Assembly (NCBI GenBank): GCA_963753035.1
Contig: CAVWAW010000009.1
Location: 2,956 to 66,955, forward strand
Source: an uncultured Acidobacteriota bacterium
GTDB taxonomy: Bacteria > Acidobacteriota > Thermoanaerobaculia > Thermoanaerobaculales > Sulfomarinibacteraceae
Length of the DNA: 64,000 bases
Reading direction: 5' to 3'
Shown here: positions 29,284-37,471 of the stretch, piece by piece
Position numbering within the stretch: position 1 is the stretch's first letter
Layout: each line of letters opens with the position of its first letter
Translations under genes and position numbers: made by a program
The notes under the pieces: model-generated
Database searches by the model: none
Told to the model about the DNA's origin: nothing
What the model saw: only the letters and a program-made list of their open reading frames with translations

Positions 29284-29308
29284 AATACCCATCTGTCAAC
29301 TAGGTATT
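29284..29308. promoter_or_regulatory. Candidate Rrf2 operator (AATACC-N13-GGTATT) in an AT-rich divergent promoter region
   Basis: The inverted repeat is read directly 24 nt upstream of the Rrf2 start. The shape is similar to IscR-type sites (ATAxx...xxTAT). Confidence 0.4.
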
Positions 29309-29423
29309 AATGAATACATCCTGATTCTCATTCTCAGAGCGCGAATTGTTGCCCGAGACCAACCGGGGTGCTATCTTGAAATCGACCGATGGCCCGGGCA
29401 ACGGAGTCGGTCTAGGAGGCAGA

Positions 29424-29807
29424 ATGGCAGCGAAAACCGCCCTCATCATCGACGACGAACCCGATGTCACGACCTACCACGGAACCGTGCTCAGCGATCA
29501 CGGCTGGGAAGTTCACACAGCGAACAGTGGCGCCGACGGCATCGCCATCGCTCAGGAAAAGAATCCGGATGTGATCTTGCTCGATGTGATGATGCCGGAG
29601 AAAGGCGGGCTCAGCACGCTGATCGCTCTGCGGAAGGACGATCGGACGAAGGAAATACCCGTGGTCCTCGTCACCGGGATCCAGGAAGCCCTCAACGCCG
29701 ATTTCGAGGCGTTTCTCGCCAGGTTCAAGACATACAACCCGAACGGGTATATGGAAAAGCCTATCGACGTGGACAAGCTGATCTCGACCCTGGAAGAACT
29801 CATCTGA
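29424..29807 (+). CDS. Receiver-only response regulator
   Basis: ALIIDDEPDV, ILLDVMMPEKGG, VLVTG and MEKPID. RBS aggagg is at 29414-29419. Confidence 0.85.
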   Translation: MAAKTALIIDDEPDVTTYHGTVLSDHGWEVHTANSGADGIAIAQEKNPDVILLDVMMPEKGGLSTLIALRKDDRTKEIPVVLVTGIQEALNADFEAFLARFKTYNPNGYMEKPIDVDKLISTLEELI

Positions 29808-30426
29808 GCTTCAAACGGAGGGGCCACGCCGCGGCCTCGCCGGCGTAGTCGACACCAACCCGTGGGAGCCGATCCATACCGAGATCGGAAAAGCTGCGCC
29901 CATCCGACCGGATGGTGAGCGGACTTCCCGGATCGCCGAAATCGAGACCGTTCTCGGCACGGGTGACCGCCAATGCTTGGCAGAGCTTTCCGGGACCGTC
30001 GGTGAGGTTTCGCAGAGCGACTTTCGGCCCGCGCCGCCCGCGCACGAGTCCGTTCCCCAAGACCGGGACCCCACCTCGAATCAGAACCGCCTCGGGCACG
30101 CCCTCCCCTACCGTCACCACGTTGAGGCAGTGGTGCATCCCGTAGATGAGATAGACATAGGCCCTTCCCGCCTCACCCCACATGGTCTCGGTCCGCGGGG
30201 TTCGCCTGCCCCCGAAGGTGTGGCAGGCCGGGTCATCGACACCGAGATAGGCCTCGACCTCGGTGAGACGGACCGCGACGGTCCCCCCCGGCGTCTGGTG
30301 AACGAGGATCTTGCCGAGGAGATCCTGCGCGACGTCCAAGGTTGGGCGTTGGTAGAATCCACAGGACAGGACTGCAGCCTCGGCGAGGCTTTCCGCGGTC
30401 AGGAGGTCAGCAATGGGTTCAATCAT
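29800..30426 (-). CDS. mpg: DNA-3-methyladenine glycosylase (Mpg/AAG family)
   Basis: VAQDLLGKILV, TEVEAYLGVDDPACHTFGGRRTPRTETMWGEAGRAYVYLIYGMHHCLNVV and GPGKLCQAL. The start could also be 30453. Confidence 0.85.
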   Translation of the reverse strand: MIEPIADLLTAESLAEAAVLSCGFYQRPTLDVAQDLLGKILVHQTPGGTVAVRLTEVEAYLGVDDPACHTFGGRRTPRTETMWGEAGRAYVYLIYGMHHCLNVVTVGEGVPEAVLIRGGVPVLGNGLVRGRRGPKVALRNLTDGPGKLCQALAVTRAENGLDFGDPGSPLTIRSDGRSFSDLGMDRLPRVGVDYAGEAAAWPLRLKLR

Positions 30427-31342
30427 CTGTGTCACAGGGGGCGCCGGTTTCATCGGCAGTCATGTTGCCGAAGCGCTGGTGCGCGACGGACACCAGGTTG
30501 TGATTCTGGACGACCTCTCCAGCGGCCGCAAGGAGAATATCCCCGAAGGCGCTGAACTCGTCATCGCGGACATCAGATCCGACAAGGCGGCGGGCGCCAT
30601 TGTCGATCGTGGGGTTGAGATTCTCATCCACCACGCGGCGCAGATGGATGTTCGGCGATCGGTGGCGGACCCGCGTTTCGACGCGGATGTCAACATCGGA
30701 GGGTTTCTCAATCTGCTGGAGGCCGCCCGAACCGGCTCAGTCAAACAGGTCATCTTCGCCTCCACCGGCGGCGCCATCTATGGCGAACAGGATGTTTTCC
30801 CCGCCGACGAAGGCCACGCCGTTCGACCGCTCTCGCCCTACGGTGTGTCCAAGCTCGCCAGCGAACGCTATCTCTTCTTTTACAACCAGCAGTACGGGCT
30901 CGATGTCACGTGCCTTCGGTACGCCAACATCTACGGCCCACGGCAGAGCCCGCACGGCGAGGCGGGGGTCGTCGCGATCTTTGCCCACAAGCTCCTGGCG
31001 AACGTCCAGCCCACCATCAACGGCGACGGAAAACAGAGCCGAGACTATGTCTATGTCGGCGATGTCGTCCGCGCCAATCTCGCGGTCCTCGGACTCCCAG
31101 GATTCCGGACCTTCAACATCGGCACCGGGGTCGAGACCGATGTCAACGAGCTCTTTGAACAGCTCCGCGCAGCCATCGGAACCGGCCCGCCGGCCGACCA
31201 CGGCCCGGCAAAGGCCGGCGAGCAGCTTCGATCGTGTATCACCTCAGGACTCATCGAGTCCGAACTGGGGCTGAGAATCGGAACCCCCTTCGATCAGGGG
31301 ATTCAGATCACCGCGGACTGGTTCAAAGCGCAGCAGGCGTAG
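30413..31342 (+). CDS. NAD-dependent epimerase/dehydratase (UDP-glucose 4-epimerase-like)
   Basis: GGAGFIGSH Rossmann motif and YGVSK (YxxxK) catalytic motif; 309 aa. Confidence 0.85.
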   Translation: MGSIICVTGGAGFIGSHVAEALVRDGHQVVILDDLSSGRKENIPEGAELVIADIRSDKAAGAIVDRGVEILIHHAAQMDVRRSVADPRFDADVNIGGFLNLLEAARTGSVKQVIFASTGGAIYGEQDVFPADEGHAVRPLSPYGVSKLASERYLFFYNQQYGLDVTCLRYANIYGPRQSPHGEAGVVAIFAHKLLANVQPTINGDGKQSRDYVYVGDVVRANLAVLGLPGFRTFNIGTGVETDVNELFEQLRAAIGTGPPADHGPAKAGEQLRSCITSGLIESELGLRIGTPFDQGIQITADWFKAQQA

Positions 31343-31532
31343 CAGCGGCAGCTGGGGCAGCAGCGGCCGGGAATCCCACCTAGCCCAACCGTCCCGCACT
31401 CTCTCGGAAACGCCCAACCGACTTCAACGTCTCTGACGGGCAGGCTGGAAGCCCGCCCCCACAATGCCCACCCACCCTGATCTGGTTCCGAAACCGAGGC
31501 CGACCAGAGCACGCGGAAAACCCCGCCCCCTC

Positions 31533-31771
31533 GGGGTGCCGGGTACGCCATTGTGCTGGAACCACCACCCGGCTCCGTCCCGCGCCCCGCACAATGGCGC
31601 TACCGGGCTCCCTCGGGAGGCACGATGCGGTCTGCTCTCCCGGCTACGAGGCAGGCCGCCGGCGTACCATCGGCGTGGTCGCAGCCCTCCCCGCCTCCCA
31701 CGCGCGACCACGCCGATGGTGCGACGCTGGGCCGCCGGGACGCCAAAGCGTCACGACGGCCCAGAAGGCCG
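31533..31771 (+). repeat. Rep-A double-hairpin element, copy 2
   Basis: Hairpin 1 pairs 31537-31560 with 31588-31611 (core cgccattgtgc/gcacaatggcg). Hairpin 2 pairs 31661-31682 with 31704-31725 (17 bp perfect, plus a U-G pair). The tail is cccagaaggccgg. Confidence 0.8.
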
Positions 31772-31987
31772 GCGTCAATAGAACCCCGTAGCCGTGACCG
31801 TTGCCGTTGCCGTGACCGCGGCCGGGAATCCCACCCAGCCCGACCGTCCCGCACTCTCTCGGATACGCCCAACCGACGTCAACCTCTCTGACGGGCAGGC
31901 GGGACGCCCGCCCCCACAATGCCCACCCACCCTGATCTGGTTCCGAAACCGAGGCCGACCAGAGCACGCGGAAAACCGCGCCCCATC

Positions 31988-32226
31988 GGGGTGCCGGGTA
32001 CGCCATTGTGCTGGAACCACCACCCGGCTCCGTCCCGCGCCCCGCACAATGGCGCTACCGGGCTCCCCCGGGGAGCTCGATGCGGTCTGCTCTCCCGGCT
32101 ACGAGGCAGGCCGCCGGCGTACCATCGGCGTGGTCGCAGCCCTCCCCGCCTCCCACGCGCGACCACGCCGATGGTGCGACGCTGGGGCGCCGGGACGCAT
32201 TGGCGTCACAGCGGCCCAGAAGGCCG
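31988..32226 (+). repeat. Rep-A double-hairpin element, copy 3
   Basis: Near-identical to copy 2; it is part of the second 455-bp unit. Confidence 0.8.
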
Positions 32227-32255
32227 GCGCTGAGGGCATGGCCCGGAACCACAGC

Positions 32256-32510
32256 AGCGCCCTTTGTTGCGCCCACGTCTCGGGGGCGATGAAACCAACC
32301 CGCGTCGGTACACCGCCATCGCCGGCGGGACGCTGGCGCTACAAACATCGCAGCGCCCTTTGTTGCGCCCACGTCTCGGGGGCGACGGAACCAACCCGCG
32401 TCGGTACACCACCATCGCCGGCGGGACGCCGGCGCTACAAACATCGCAGCACCCTTTGTGGCGCCCACGTCTCGGGGGCGATGAAACCAACCCGAATCGG
32501 CACTCCCCCG
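32256..32510 (+). repeat. 96-bp tandem repeat, about 2.7 copies, each with small GC hairpins
   Basis: cagcgccctttgttgcgcccacgtctcggggg...ggcgctacaaacatcg restarts at 32256, 32351 and 32447. It contains gccggcg gga cgccggc hairpins, one copy with a G-U pair on the + strand. Confidence 0.85.
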
Positions 32511-32823
32511 GGGAGCGCGATACGGTCTGCTGCTCCGGCCACGAAGCAGGCCGCCGACCGGACCCAATGGAAGGGCGCCAGGGTGAGGCAGGGAGATTTC
32601 AAACACAAAGGCCAATCCCGCGGGCGGGACGCCCGCACCACAACGGTCGCCATCTCCACCCGAATCCCACGCATGAACATGCGCTGCAAAATACTGCCGG
32701 GCTCATTCACAATGATTGCGTGAACGTTGAACGGACGGAGGTCCCCACTCTCGCGGCGACGGGACGTTGCCGGTGGCATCTTGCGCGAGGTACCTTGGAC
32801 CAACAACATGCTAGGAGGACGGT

Positions 32824-34176
32824 GTGAAGTCATTCATCGTGATTCTGATTCTGGCGCTCTGCATCCCGGTCGCGGCAATGGCCGAAGGCCCGGCGCAGCT
32901 CATCGGTTCCGTCGAGGCGGTCTACCACGAAGGTCTGGTGACCTTTCAGGTCGAGCACACCGACGCCGTCTCTAGTTCGATCAAGGTTTACGATCTCTCG
33001 ACCGATGCGCTCGTCTACGACAGCGGACCGCGAGCCCGGACTCTGGTGTCCTGGCCAGCCGGCCATGATTTGGTAGGCGCCTTCCGCTATGTGGTCACCG
33101 CATGGAACGAACGGGGCGAGGTCGTGGTCTCCCAGGCCGCCGTCACCAAGAACCTCACGCCGATCAGCAACATCACCTTTGACACCATCCCCGGCGACAC
33201 CAAGCTCCTCGGCCCCAACGAGGTCATCGTCGAGAGCGACCTTCAGGTTGGCGCTACCCAGGGGGTCCGTCTCGACCAGAATATCAACAGCCACGGAGGA
33301 GGCGCTTACTTCTACGAGGAGGACGGTTCGACCACTTACGCGTGGATGAATCCCGACTTCGACGGCCAGGGCGGTTTCTTTCACATCAAGGGTTCCGCGG
33401 CCTCGGGCGGCTACATTCAGGCTCAGGGCATGGATTCCCTGGCAGGCGCCCAGGCTTCCCTCCGCGTCGAGGGGACCTCGGACTTCGGCGTCTACGCCGG
33501 TCTCACCGGAACCGAATCGGTGGTCTTGCCGAGCAACGCGGTCTCCTCGTTCGAGATTGCGAACGAAGCGGGATTGGCATCCACCAGCACGCAGTCCGGC
33601 GTTGGACTGGAGGATACCCCGGTGAACGTGTTGGAACGCACCATCATCGTGCCGACCAACGGATATGTCTTGGCGATCGCGAACGCCGAAGGTCTGATGT
33701 ATCACGTCAACGGATCTGAGAGCCGCTACGTCTGCACGATCAGCGACACATCTCAAACACACGCTCTGGTTCAATCATCGGTCTTTTTGGCCCCCACACT
33801 TCCTTCTGGTGGCTACAATATCCCCGTGGCGGTCAGCCGCATCCTGCCGGTGACTTCCGGCGCTCACACCTTTTACCTCGTCTGCTCCGCGAACGATGTC
33901 ACCGGAGCCAACAACACGGGTGTTCGCGGTCGCCGGCTCGACCTTCTCTTCGTCCCCACCGCGTACGGAACGGTGACCGCACCACTCAAGGTCGTGGAGG
34001 GTCAAATGGAAGGTGTCGAGGACCACCTCCACTCGCCAACCGGGCTGAGCCAGGCGGAGATCGACGGCGAACGCGCCGAGTCCATCGCCTTCAACCTTGC
34101 ACGGATCCAGGCCGAGCTCGCCGAGCTCCAGGCCCAGGCCGACGCTCTCGCCGGCCCCGGGGGGAACCAACCCTAG
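32824..34176 (+). CDS. Secreted hypothetical protein with C-terminal coiled-coil-like tail
   Basis: GTG start 7 nt after aggagg. Signal peptide MKSFIVILILALCIPVAAMA. 450 aa with no recognised domain. The tail is ARIQAELAELQAQADALAG. Confidence 0.55.
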   Translation: MKSFIVILILALCIPVAAMAEGPAQLIGSVEAVYHEGLVTFQVEHTDAVSSSIKVYDLSTDALVYDSGPRARTLVSWPAGHDLVGAFRYVVTAWNERGEVVVSQAAVTKNLTPISNITFDTIPGDTKLLGPNEVIVESDLQVGATQGVRLDQNINSHGGGAYFYEEDGSTTYAWMNPDFDGQGGFFHIKGSAASGGYIQAQGMDSLAGAQASLRVEGTSDFGVYAGLTGTESVVLPSNAVSSFEIANEAGLASTSTQSGVGLEDTPVNVLERTIIVPTNGYVLAIANAEGLMYHVNGSESRYVCTISDTSQTHALVQSSVFLAPTLPSGGYNIPVAVSRILPVTSGAHTFYLVCSANDVTGANNTGVRGRRLDLLFVPTAYGTVTAPLKVVEGQMEGVEDHLHSPTGLSQAEIDGERAESIAFNLARIQAELAELQAQADALAGPGGNQP

Positions 34177-34198
34177 CCCGTTCGCCATGATCAATCAC

Positions 34199-34229
34199 GG
34201 CCCCGCGATCGCGCGGGGCCGTTTCTTCG
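34199..34229 (+). terminator. Rho-independent terminator
   Basis: ggccccgcg atcg cgcggggcc (9-bp GC stem) followed by gtttcttcg, 23 nt after the stop. Confidence 0.7.
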
Positions 34230-34477
34230 TAGCGCCGTCACAACGACCGCGTCCACGCCCCGCTGAGCATGGTTTCCTCATCGCTGGTGGCCGAGAGTGC
34301 CCCTCAATCCATTGTTCGGCCCCAGCGTCAGGCCTACCTCAACGTCCAGCCGCCGAACAAGAGATTGAACGGCACGTCCGTTCGAGGCCATCCCCAGGTG
34401 CTGTCGAGGCAATCCGTCCGCTGCGATGAATTGCTAGCGCGCTCCGCGCGCCGCGACCCACGCCTCGCCCACTCTCA

Positions 34478-34575
34478 ATTGCGATGGCTTTGCGCCTCTT
34501 TGCGATGGATGATCTTCGCGCCCTTTGCGATTCAACCCTGCGATGGTGCGATGGATCTGCGTGATCTGCGGACAA
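34478..34575 (+). repeat. Rep-B family copy (gcgatgg / ctttgcg motifs)
   Basis: ttgcgatggctttgcgcctctttgcgatggatgatcttcgcgccctttgcgattcaaccctgcgatggtgcgatgg. Confidence 0.6.
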
Positions 34576-34603
34576 CCCTGAGATGCCTTTCGGGACATCG
34601 ACC

Positions 34604-35527
34604 TCAATCAGCCACGACAGCTGACGCATCCTCCCCGGCGCCGTCCTGCTCCTCAACCTGTACACCAAGATTGGCGAGTTCCTCGAGCGCGAGGGGCGGC
34701 AGTGACGGCAACGGCGGTCGATCGAGGGCCAGGGTCTCTGACGATCGGATCTCATTTCGAGTCTGTTCGCAGGCTTCCAAAAGACGAGCCTCGACAACGC
34801 CCCAATCCGAAGCCGCCAGAACCCGGCCGCCCATGGCCTCGAGCCGGTGGGCCTCGATGGCGAACTCGAGATCCGGGTGCGGATCGACGAGGGCGATCCA
34901 CTCCTGTTGTTTCGGATCGATCCGCCAACGACCGTGCTCACCCGGGGCCAGGCCGTCGAAGAATATGAGGTCGAATTCCTCCACCAGCCACGGGTTGTGG
35001 TCTCCCTTTTTGAGCAGGACCGCTCTGAAGTGCACCATCGAAACCATGTGATTGGTGTTGTTGTCGATTCTGAACTCGATGACGGGCCACTCGAGGTAAT
35101 TCCGATTTCGCTTGTAGACCTTGGCCTCGCTGAAGCGGAACTCGCGGAGATCTCGCCGCGCCGGTCTCGTTGATTCTCTCCACGACTCGAGTTCGGAAAC
35201 CGCCGACCGCACCTCGAGCATTCTTCGCCGGCGAGCCTCGACAACGATGCCGTCCGCAGTCCGCCCGTCGAGCGGGGCCAGGAGTTCGATCTCCCTCTCC
35301 CCCAGCGCAGCGCCACCCTCCGGTTTGCCCAGCCACGGTGTTCCTGCCAGATAGAAGAGCGACTCATCAAAAATCGCTGCCTCGTTCTCGATCATGGGTT
35401 CGCGCATCTTGCGCGCAGTCCGATCGAGTGCTCCCTGACTCGAGGTATCGAGGGTCAACGGACCGCAAGCCTGCGCAACCACGACCAACAACGCCAAAAC
35501 AAAACCACGACGGTGTGACCTGTTCAT
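34604..35527 (-). CDS. Hypothetical lipoprotein
   Basis: MNRSHRRGFVLALLVVVAQAC has a lipobox-like VAQAC. 307 aa with no recognised family. It lies downstream of parA on the same strand. Confidence 0.5.
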   Translation of the reverse strand: MNRSHRRGFVLALLVVVAQACGPLTLDTSSQGALDRTARKMREPMIENEAAIFDESLFYLAGTPWLGKPEGGAALGEREIELLAPLDGRTADGIVVEARRRRMLEVRSAVSELESWRESTRPARRDLREFRFSEAKVYKRNRNYLEWPVIEFRIDNNTNHMVSMVHFRAVLLKKGDHNPWLVEEFDLIFFDGLAPGEHGRWRIDPKQQEWIALVDPHPDLEFAIEAHRLEAMGGRVLAASDWGVVEARLLEACEQTRNEIRSSETLALDRPPLPSLPPLALEELANLGVQVEEQDGAGEDASAVVAD

Positions 35528-35676
35528 TGTCTCGCCCCCCACTGAACGGCACCCGTTTTCGATCACGCGTCTACAACCAGACTAGGTCAAGACCGCCTTC
35601 GAGTCCGAGAGCTACGTCACACCCGGGGGGTGAGCTCGCACCAACGCCAGATCATCCGCGTCGCTATCGGAAGGGG

Positions 35677-36465
35677 CTAATTGGTCTTCCGTCTTCCACG
35701 TCCGAGGGTGTTGGCGTGCAGCGCCTCGAACTGTTCCGTCAGCTTGTGGCTCGGCGCAAGATATGGCAACGGCCGAGCCGCCTCGTGGCTCTCACGAATC
35801 TTGACCGACGAGGTGAGATAGGGTTCGAGCACCGGCAGACCCTCGTCGACGAGTTCATCGACCATCCGCTTCGGCAGGCGCGCCCTGGGCTGGAACTGGT
35901 TGACAACGATCCCGGCGACCTCGAGCCGCGGGTTGTGGTCCTCGCGGACCTCGGCGACCGATTCCAGTAAACCGTATAGCGCGCGTCTGGAGAAGTCGTC
36001 GCAGTCGAAGGGGATGAGGCACTTCTGGGCGGCGATGAGTGCAGACAGGGTGTAGAAGTGAAACGCCGGCGGGGTGTCGAGAATAATGTCGTCGTAGTCG
36101 TCAAGTTCCCTGAGAGCGTCACGAAGCTTGTAGATCTTGTACTTCGCCTCGAGCTTGCCCTGGAGAGGTTCCAGAGCCGGGGACGACGCCATGACATGAA
36201 GACGGTCGAACCGGGTGTGGTGGACAAAGCCCTTCGCCTCATTCTTGAAGAGCTTGAACCCCAGGGTCTGTTCGAAATACTCCGCGATGTTGGGGCTCAG
36301 ATCATCGGCATCGGAGCCGAGGAGATAGTGGCTCGCGTTGGCCTGGGTGTCGAGATCGACCACCAGAGTCTTGCGGCCGGCCCGCGCGTTGACCGCGGCG
36401 AGATTGCATACGATGGTCGATTTCCCGACACCGCCTTTTTGGTTGAACACAACCCAACGCATCAT
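35677..36465 (-). CDS. ParA/MinD-family ATPase (orphan; no parB seen)
   Basis: Deviant Walker A NQKGGVGKST, then VVDLDTQAN and IILDTPP. ATG 36465 (MMRWVVF...). Confidence 0.85.
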   Translation of the reverse strand: MMRWVVFNQKGGVGKSTIVCNLAAVNARAGRKTLVVDLDTQANASHYLLGSDADDLSPNIAEYFEQTLGFKLFKNEAKGFVHHTRFDRLHVMASSPALEPLQGKLEAKYKIYKLRDALRELDDYDDIILDTPPAFHFYTLSALIAAQKCLIPFDCDDFSRRALYGLLESVAEVREDHNPRLEVAGIVVNQFQPRARLPKRMVDELVDEGLPVLEPYLTSSVKIRESHEAARPLPYLAPSHKLTEQFEALHANTLGRGRRKTN

Positions 36466-36606
36466 GGCCTCCAGGCGCCGGGTTCCGTCCTTCGAGCACT
36501 CCAACCCGGCCGCAGCAGGATAGACCCTATGCCGCACTGCGTCAAGAATGCTCCGCCCATCACGTCTTCCCGACGGTGGCGGACTCGGCTATGGTCATGG
36601 CGACTC

Positions 36607-37224
36607 ATGAACAAAAACGCATCGAGCATCCGTCTCAGCAGCGCCCGAATCAAGAGACCCGAGCCAAATCCCGTCCTTCCCTTTGCAGTGGTGCTCGTGG
36701 TCCTGACCATCGTGCTCGTCATCTTCTTTGGAATTCCTGATGGAGATCCGCAACCGGCGCCCGCACCTCCGGAACCATCAACGACCCCCACGCCCATCCC
36801 GACCCCACGGGCAACGCCGACACCCGGTTTTGTCAAAGAGAGTTCCGGTTGGGTCGATGCCACAGTCGTTCTGCCACCGACACCCTCCCCCACCATCCCG
36901 ATCTATGTTCCGGAACCGACCCGCGCTCCGCGCCCGACGCCGAGCATCTCCCAGTGCGCAGACTACCGTTGGTCCACCGTCCAGGCATTCTCTCCCTCGG
37001 CCCAGGTCAAGGTCGACATCCGCGTCAACAACCGCTGTCCCTACGACCTCGGACCCTCCAACCTCTGGTTCGACATCACCGGCTGGCGCGACGGCGCCCG
37101 GGTGCAGAGCGTCCGGGGCGCTCCGTTCGAGACCATCCGCAAGGGCTGGACCGACGATCTCTCCATCGGTCTGCCGGGATCGCTCGACTGGTATGACGAG
37201 ATCACGGTGGTGGTTCAGGACTAG
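36607..37224 (+). CDS. Hypothetical membrane-anchored protein with a Pro/Thr-rich linker
   Basis: ATG 36607. It has one TM segment (VLPFAVVLVVLTIVLVIFF), a PAPAPPEPSTTPTPIPTP linker and a C-terminal domain of about 90 aa of unknown fold. Confidence 0.45.
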   Translation: MNKNASSIRLSSARIKRPEPNPVLPFAVVLVVLTIVLVIFFGIPDGDPQPAPAPPEPSTTPTPIPTPRATPTPGFVKESSGWVDATVVLPPTPSPTIPIYVPEPTRAPRPTPSISQCADYRWSTVQAFSPSAQVKVDIRVNNRCPYDLGPSNLWFDITGWRDGARVQSVRGAPFETIRKGWTDDLSIGLPGSLDWYDEITVVVQD

Positions 37225-37230
37225 CGCGGT

Positions 37231-37265
37231 GATTGATGAATGATGAATGATGAATGATGAACATC
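37231..37265. repeat. AT-rich heptamer tandem array (gaatgat x4)
   Basis: gattgat gaatgat gaatgat gaatgat gaacatc, immediately after stop 37224. Confidence 0.8.
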
Positions 37266-37384
37266 GCAATTCAACGCAGAGGCGCGCAGAGCCACCGCGT
37301 CGTCACGCGGACTCTCATCGGGTGGGTTGCGGGTCGTCAACGACCCGCCTACAGCTGTGAGACCCGGAACGCATCGAGGAGTTC

Positions 37385-37460
37385 CTGTCATGGTCCCTGT
37401 CCCTGCCGCGGTCCCTGTCGCTGTCGCTGTTCGCTGTCCCGGACGCTGATGCTGACCCTG
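37385..37460. repeat. GC-rich hexamer-periodic low-complexity array
   Basis: gtccct gtccct gccgcg gtccct gtcgct gtcgct gttcgct gtcccg gacgct ... Confidence 0.6.
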
Positions 37461-37471
37461 GAAAGGGTACG

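Larger units (their letters stand above)
31365..32230 (+). repeat. Tandem duplication of a 455-bp composite non-coding unit (two copies, about 95% identical)
   Basis: ggccgggaatcccacc occurs at 31365 and again at 31820. Each unit consists of a leader, a GC hairpin with ccacaat, a spacer and a Rep-A element. Confidence 0.85.

Noticed and set aside
32256-32510. CRISPR array.
   Set aside because: The units are contiguous 96-bp tandem copies with no unique spacers, and no cas genes are present.
31794-32723. 309-aa ORF, and many other 60-190-aa ORFs, across 31.3-32.8, 52.9-53.4 and 56.3-59.4 kb.
   Set aside because: They are translations of the repeat families (Arg/Pro/Gly-rich, low complexity, the same peptides on both strands) and have no RBS or domain signatures.
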